Assembly: GCF_000018785.1 (NCBI RefSeq)
Contig: NC_010163.1
Span: 960,001-992,000 of the forward strand
Reading direction: 5' to 3'
Source of the DNA: Acholeplasma laidlawii PG-8A
GTDB taxonomy: Bacteria; Bacillota_I; Bacilli_A; Acholeplasmatales; Acholeplasmataceae
Length of the DNA: 32,000 nt
The position numbers and the translations under genes were made by a program. The notes beneath the pieces were generated by a model, which was not told the DNA's origin, searched no databases, and saw only the letters and a list, made by a program, of their open reading frames with translations. Shown one piece after another: positions 28,978-32,000 of the stretch (its first letter is position 1; the number at the start of each line of letters is the position of its first letter).

Positions 28978-30301
28978 GGATTATCCCTCCTAGTAGTAAA
29001 GTAGCTAGACCAAAATAAATGACTAGGCATAAAACATCAATAATTGTAGTAATAAAAGGACCAGATGAGGAAGCAGGGTCAAAGTTGAGTTTGCTTAATA
29101 TAAAAGGAACTAAAAACCCTATAATAGGTGCAAGTATTACTATAATCCAAATAGTTAAACTTACAACAATACTTACTAATAAAGGGGACTCCACTTTCAT
29201 TAAATCACTTAAAATATAGGCTGCAATAAACGCTAAAATACCTAGTGCTAACCCAATTATCATTCCTGATAATGCTTCTTTTAAGCCGTCCTTAATTGAA
29301 ACTCCTTCTTTACTCGTTAGTCCAACTAATGTAACAGCAAGTGTTTGGTGGGCAACATTACCGCCAGAATCTAATAGCAGTGGTTGGAATAATGCAAGTA
29401 TTACGACACTTGTTAGAATTTCTTCGTAATTTGAAGTAATCAAAGCAAGTGGTATACTTAAAAGCATCATAATTATTAACCAAGGTAATCTTCTAAGCGC
29501 ACTATTAAATACATTTGTTTTAACATCGGTATCCGGTAGAAGCGATAGTTTTTCAATATCTTCTACTGCTTCATCACGGTAGATATCAAGTAAGTCGTCG
29601 GTTGTAATTGCTCCAATGATTTTTTGTTCATCATTTAATACTGCAACATCATAAGCACCATAATACTTCATATGTTTGATGATGACATCGACATCATCAA
29701 ACACATTGAGTACTGGTTCTTTTTTGAGAATATCTTGGGCAGTTAAAGGGCTTTTTGCTCTTACTAGAGTTTTGAGTGCAATTTGACCTAGATATTTCGA
29801 TTCATTATCTGTTACAAATATTGTTTTAACACTCTTTAAGTCTGCTGCGCTTTTAATGAGCTTTTTAGTAATATCTTTGACATCATTTGTACCTTCTACA
29901 AACAATATGTCATTATTCATATAAGCACCAGCTGTATATTCCTTATATTGGATTAAGTTTATTACAGGATCACTAGCATCTAGTTCATTAATAAGTTCTA
30001 GTCTCTCTGATTTACCAAACTCATTAATAATATCGGCAGCATCATCGGGCTCAAGATTTTGTACGACTAATACTTGTTCCTCTAAGCTTTGAGTTTGGAG
30101 TAGTTCTGCTGCATGTTCCGGTTCTAGGTATGACAAAACATCAGCAAACTGCTCTGTAGGTAGAATTTGCTTTAATCTTTCTTGATATTCAGGTTTTAAT
30201 TCTTTGAAGATTTCTACAATATCAAAACTGTGCATTTCTTCTAATGCTTGAAGGATATCCTTATCAGAAGCATCATTTAAAAGCATATCTTTAATATCCA
30301 T
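28970..30301 (-). CDS. mgtE: MgtE-family magnesium transporter
   Basis: FADVLSYLEPEHAAELL, DPDDAADI-like repeats, CBS region, LFQPLLLDSGGNVAHQTLA, SSSGPFITTIIDVLCL. Likely start is the internal MDIKDML at 30301, preceded by AAAGGG, rather than 30394. Confidence 0.88.
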   Translation of the reverse strand: MDIKDMLLNDASDKDILQALEEMHSFDIVEIFKELKPEYQERLKQILPTEQFADVLSYLEPEHAAELLQTQSLEEQVLVVQNLEPDDAADIINEFGKSERLELINELDASDPVINLIQYKEYTAGAYMNNDILFVEGTNDVKDITKKLIKSAADLKSVKTIFVTDNESKYLGQIALKTLVRAKSPLTAQDILKKEPVLNVFDDVDVIIKHMKYYGAYDVAVLNDEQKIIGAITTDDLLDIYRDEAVEDIEKLSLLPDTDVKTNVFNSALRRLPWLIIMMLLSIPLALITSNYEEILTSVVILALFQPLLLDSGGNVAHQTLAVTLVGLTSKEGVSIKDGLKEALSGMIIGLALGILAFIAAYILSDLMKVESPLLVSIVVSLTIWIIVILAPIIGFLVPFILSKLNFDPASSSGPFITTIIDVLCLVIYFGLATLLLGGIIHA

Positions 30302-30549
30302 ATTTACACATCCCTTTAATTCTTCAACCGTTATTTTTATTACTAAAATTTGGTAAAGTCTTCTATTATCAATGATATCATTTTTAAGCCCCATTTGTCC
30401 ATTATGCTGTATGATGTTATTTTTTTATTGTTCTATCTAGTTCGGTTCTTCTTTGTTATACAAAGGTTTAATAAAACGAGTGTAAATTTACATATTATTT
30501 CGTCTTAGCATGTTAAAATAAATATAACAATACTTGAGAGGAAATTAAA

Positions 30550-31497
30550 ATGAATAAATCACAACAAAGTAGAATATTTGTTGCTAGCGCACTGTTCATA
30601 CTACTGATAGCTGCTTCGTTTATTTTTGGAGCGACTGTTTTTATTGTGGGCGCACTGGCAATACTCACGTCTTTCGTGGTAGAAATACTTAGCACAAAAG
30701 CTAGAAAAGAAACTTTTGATTGGACAAGTTTCTGGATCACACCACTTGTTATTACACTACTTACAACACCAACGATCATTGATCAAGTTTGGATGGTAAG
30801 TATTGCTACAGCATTTGGGGTATTCTTTGCAAAATCCATATGGGGTGGGCAAGACAAGAACGTATTTAATCCAGCCATGGTTGGATTAATCTTCATTGCA
30901 CTTGCATTTCCAATTTATGTTAATAATTTTCTAGAACCAGTATCTGGTTTGGCTTCTCCTCAGACTTTAGCTACAATCTTTAAAAATAGTCCAGGGCAAA
31001 TCATGACTACCTATTCCTTATGGGATGTCTTACTAGGAAACTATGCTGGAGCAATCGGTACTACATTTAAGTTGGGTATCATTATATTAGGTTTACTCAT
31101 GATGGTTGTAAGAATATCTGATTGGCGTATTCCACTAACCTTTGTAGGTACATATTTTGTATTATCACTCATCAATGGTTTTACAAAAACAGGTGTTAAT
31201 CCATTTATGTATGCAACTTACTCTATTTTAATGGGACACTTAATGTTTGCTGTCATGTTTGTTTCTACAGACCCACAAACTGCACCATTATACAATAAGG
31301 GTAAATTCATCTATGGAATTGGATTAGGATTTATCACTTGGATTATTCAAAATATTTGGGTTTTCAATCCTCTTGCACCAAATACTGAAGGTATTATCTA
31401 TTCTGTAACATTCATGAATGCTGTTGTAGGCTTAATTGATGTATGGACTGTACCTAAAGTAAAAGATATTCCTAACCTCGAGGAGGTAGCTATATGA
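30550..31497 (+). CDS. RnfD/NqrB-type membrane subunit of an electron-transport complex
   Basis: FFAKSIWGGQDKNVFNPAMVGLIF, LLGNYAGAIGTTFKLG, ISDWRIPLTF, VMFVSTDPQTAP, typical RnfD/NqrB family. Confidence 0.82.
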   Translation: MNKSQQSRIFVASALFILLIAASFIFGATVFIVGALAILTSFVVEILSTKARKETFDWTSFWITPLVITLLTTPTIIDQVWMVSIATAFGVFFAKSIWGGQDKNVFNPAMVGLIFIALAFPIYVNNFLEPVSGLASPQTLATIFKNSPGQIMTTYSLWDVLLGNYAGAIGTTFKLGIIILGLLMMVVRISDWRIPLTFVGTYFVLSLINGFTKTGVNPFMYATYSILMGHLMFAVMFVSTDPQTAPLYNKGKFIYGIGLGFITWIIQNIWVFNPLAPNTEGIIYSVTFMNAVVGLIDVWTVPKVKDIPNLEEVAI

Positions 31498-32000
31498 AAA
31501 AATATATTAGTATGTTAAGTTTCGTTCTTATCATGGGTATTGTATCTTCTGTTATTTTAATGGGTGCAGATATGATCACACGTGATAGAATTGCTAAAAA
31601 TGCAGAATATGCTTGGAAAACAGCTATATTAACGCATCATAATGTTGATTATACTGATGCAAACTTCGACGAAGTATTTCTAGAAACTTTTGAAGAAAGA
31701 ACTGCAGAAGACACTAATGGTAAGACAAGATACTTATATGTTCATAACCAAACTGGTGCAGTGAGTTATCAGTTCAGCGGTGGTGGCTTATGGGATACCA
31801 TAGCTGGTGTTATTACATTAGAAAGTGATTTCCAAACAATTGTTCAAATCACTGTTACTAAACAAGGAGAAACTCCAGGTTTAGGTGGTATTGTTGCAGA
31901 AAAACCTTATCTAGATAATTATGCTGGTAAGAAATTTGATGAATCCTTAGGGTTGGTGGCTGTTAAATCAGAACCTACTACAGATTATGAAGTAGATGCA
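31494..32000 (+). CDS. RnfG/NqrC-type FMN-binding subunit, C-terminus cut by window edge
   Basis: Manual translation: MKKYISMLSFVLIMGIVSSVILMGADMITRDRIAKN...SYQFSGGGLWDTIAGVITLESDFQTIVQITVTKQGETPGLGGIVAE..., no stop before 32000. RBS GAGGAGG; ATGA overlap with the upstream gene. Not in the supplied track. Confidence 0.85.
   Translation, partial: MKKYISMLSFVLIMGIVSSVILMGADMITRDRIAKNAEYAWKTAILTHHNVDYTDANFDEVFLETFEERTAEDTNGKTRYLYVHNQTGAVSYQFSGGGLWDTIAGVITLESDFQTIVQITVTKQGETPGLGGIVAEKPYLDNYAGKKFDESLGLVAVKSEPTTDYEVDA

Noticed and set aside
30302-30394. N-terminal 31-residue extension of the second MgtE in the ORF track, and a possible Mg2+ riboswitch (M-box) upstream
   Set aside because: The extension lacks MgtE similarity and an internal ATG has a better RBS. 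I could not identify M-box consensus elements in the short leader.
1-32000. CRISPR arrays or long tandem repeats
   Set aside because: No regularly spaced direct repeats were visible by eye anywhere in the window.

Overview
AT-rich window from a low-GC Gram-positive or Acholeplasma-like genome. TGA is used as a normal stop, so this is the standard code rather than Mycoplasma code 4. About 1-5 kb is a decayed accessory region: a zinc-ribbon protein cut by the left edge, a small XRE regulator, a DUF1643-like protein, an HNH endonuclease, a HExxH metallopeptidase remnant joined to a metK 3' fragment, and a degenerate IS3-family element. It borders a tRNA-Arg(TCT) gene. From about 5.1 kb on, gene content is mostly core: a two-subunit ABC exporter with one subunit split by an in-frame TAA; the cluster trmK-rpoD-dnaG-glyQS-recO-era-cdd-ybeY-phoH; rpsU (absent from the supplied track); rsmE; secG; an iron-chelate ABC operon with an IsdG/ABM-like monooxygenase; an MBL hydrolase; an M32 carboxypeptidase; zwf; gnd; two tandem mgtE genes; and the start of an Rnf/Nqr-type operon running off the right edge. 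I found no convincing undescribed defence or other novel system. The most useful leads are the metK-fragment chimera with an apparent 13-bp slippage deletion, the single in-frame stop in the ABC exporter, the iron/heme operon architecture, the atypical B/D-subunit FMN-motif region, and a compact GC-rich structured island at about 1.65 kb.
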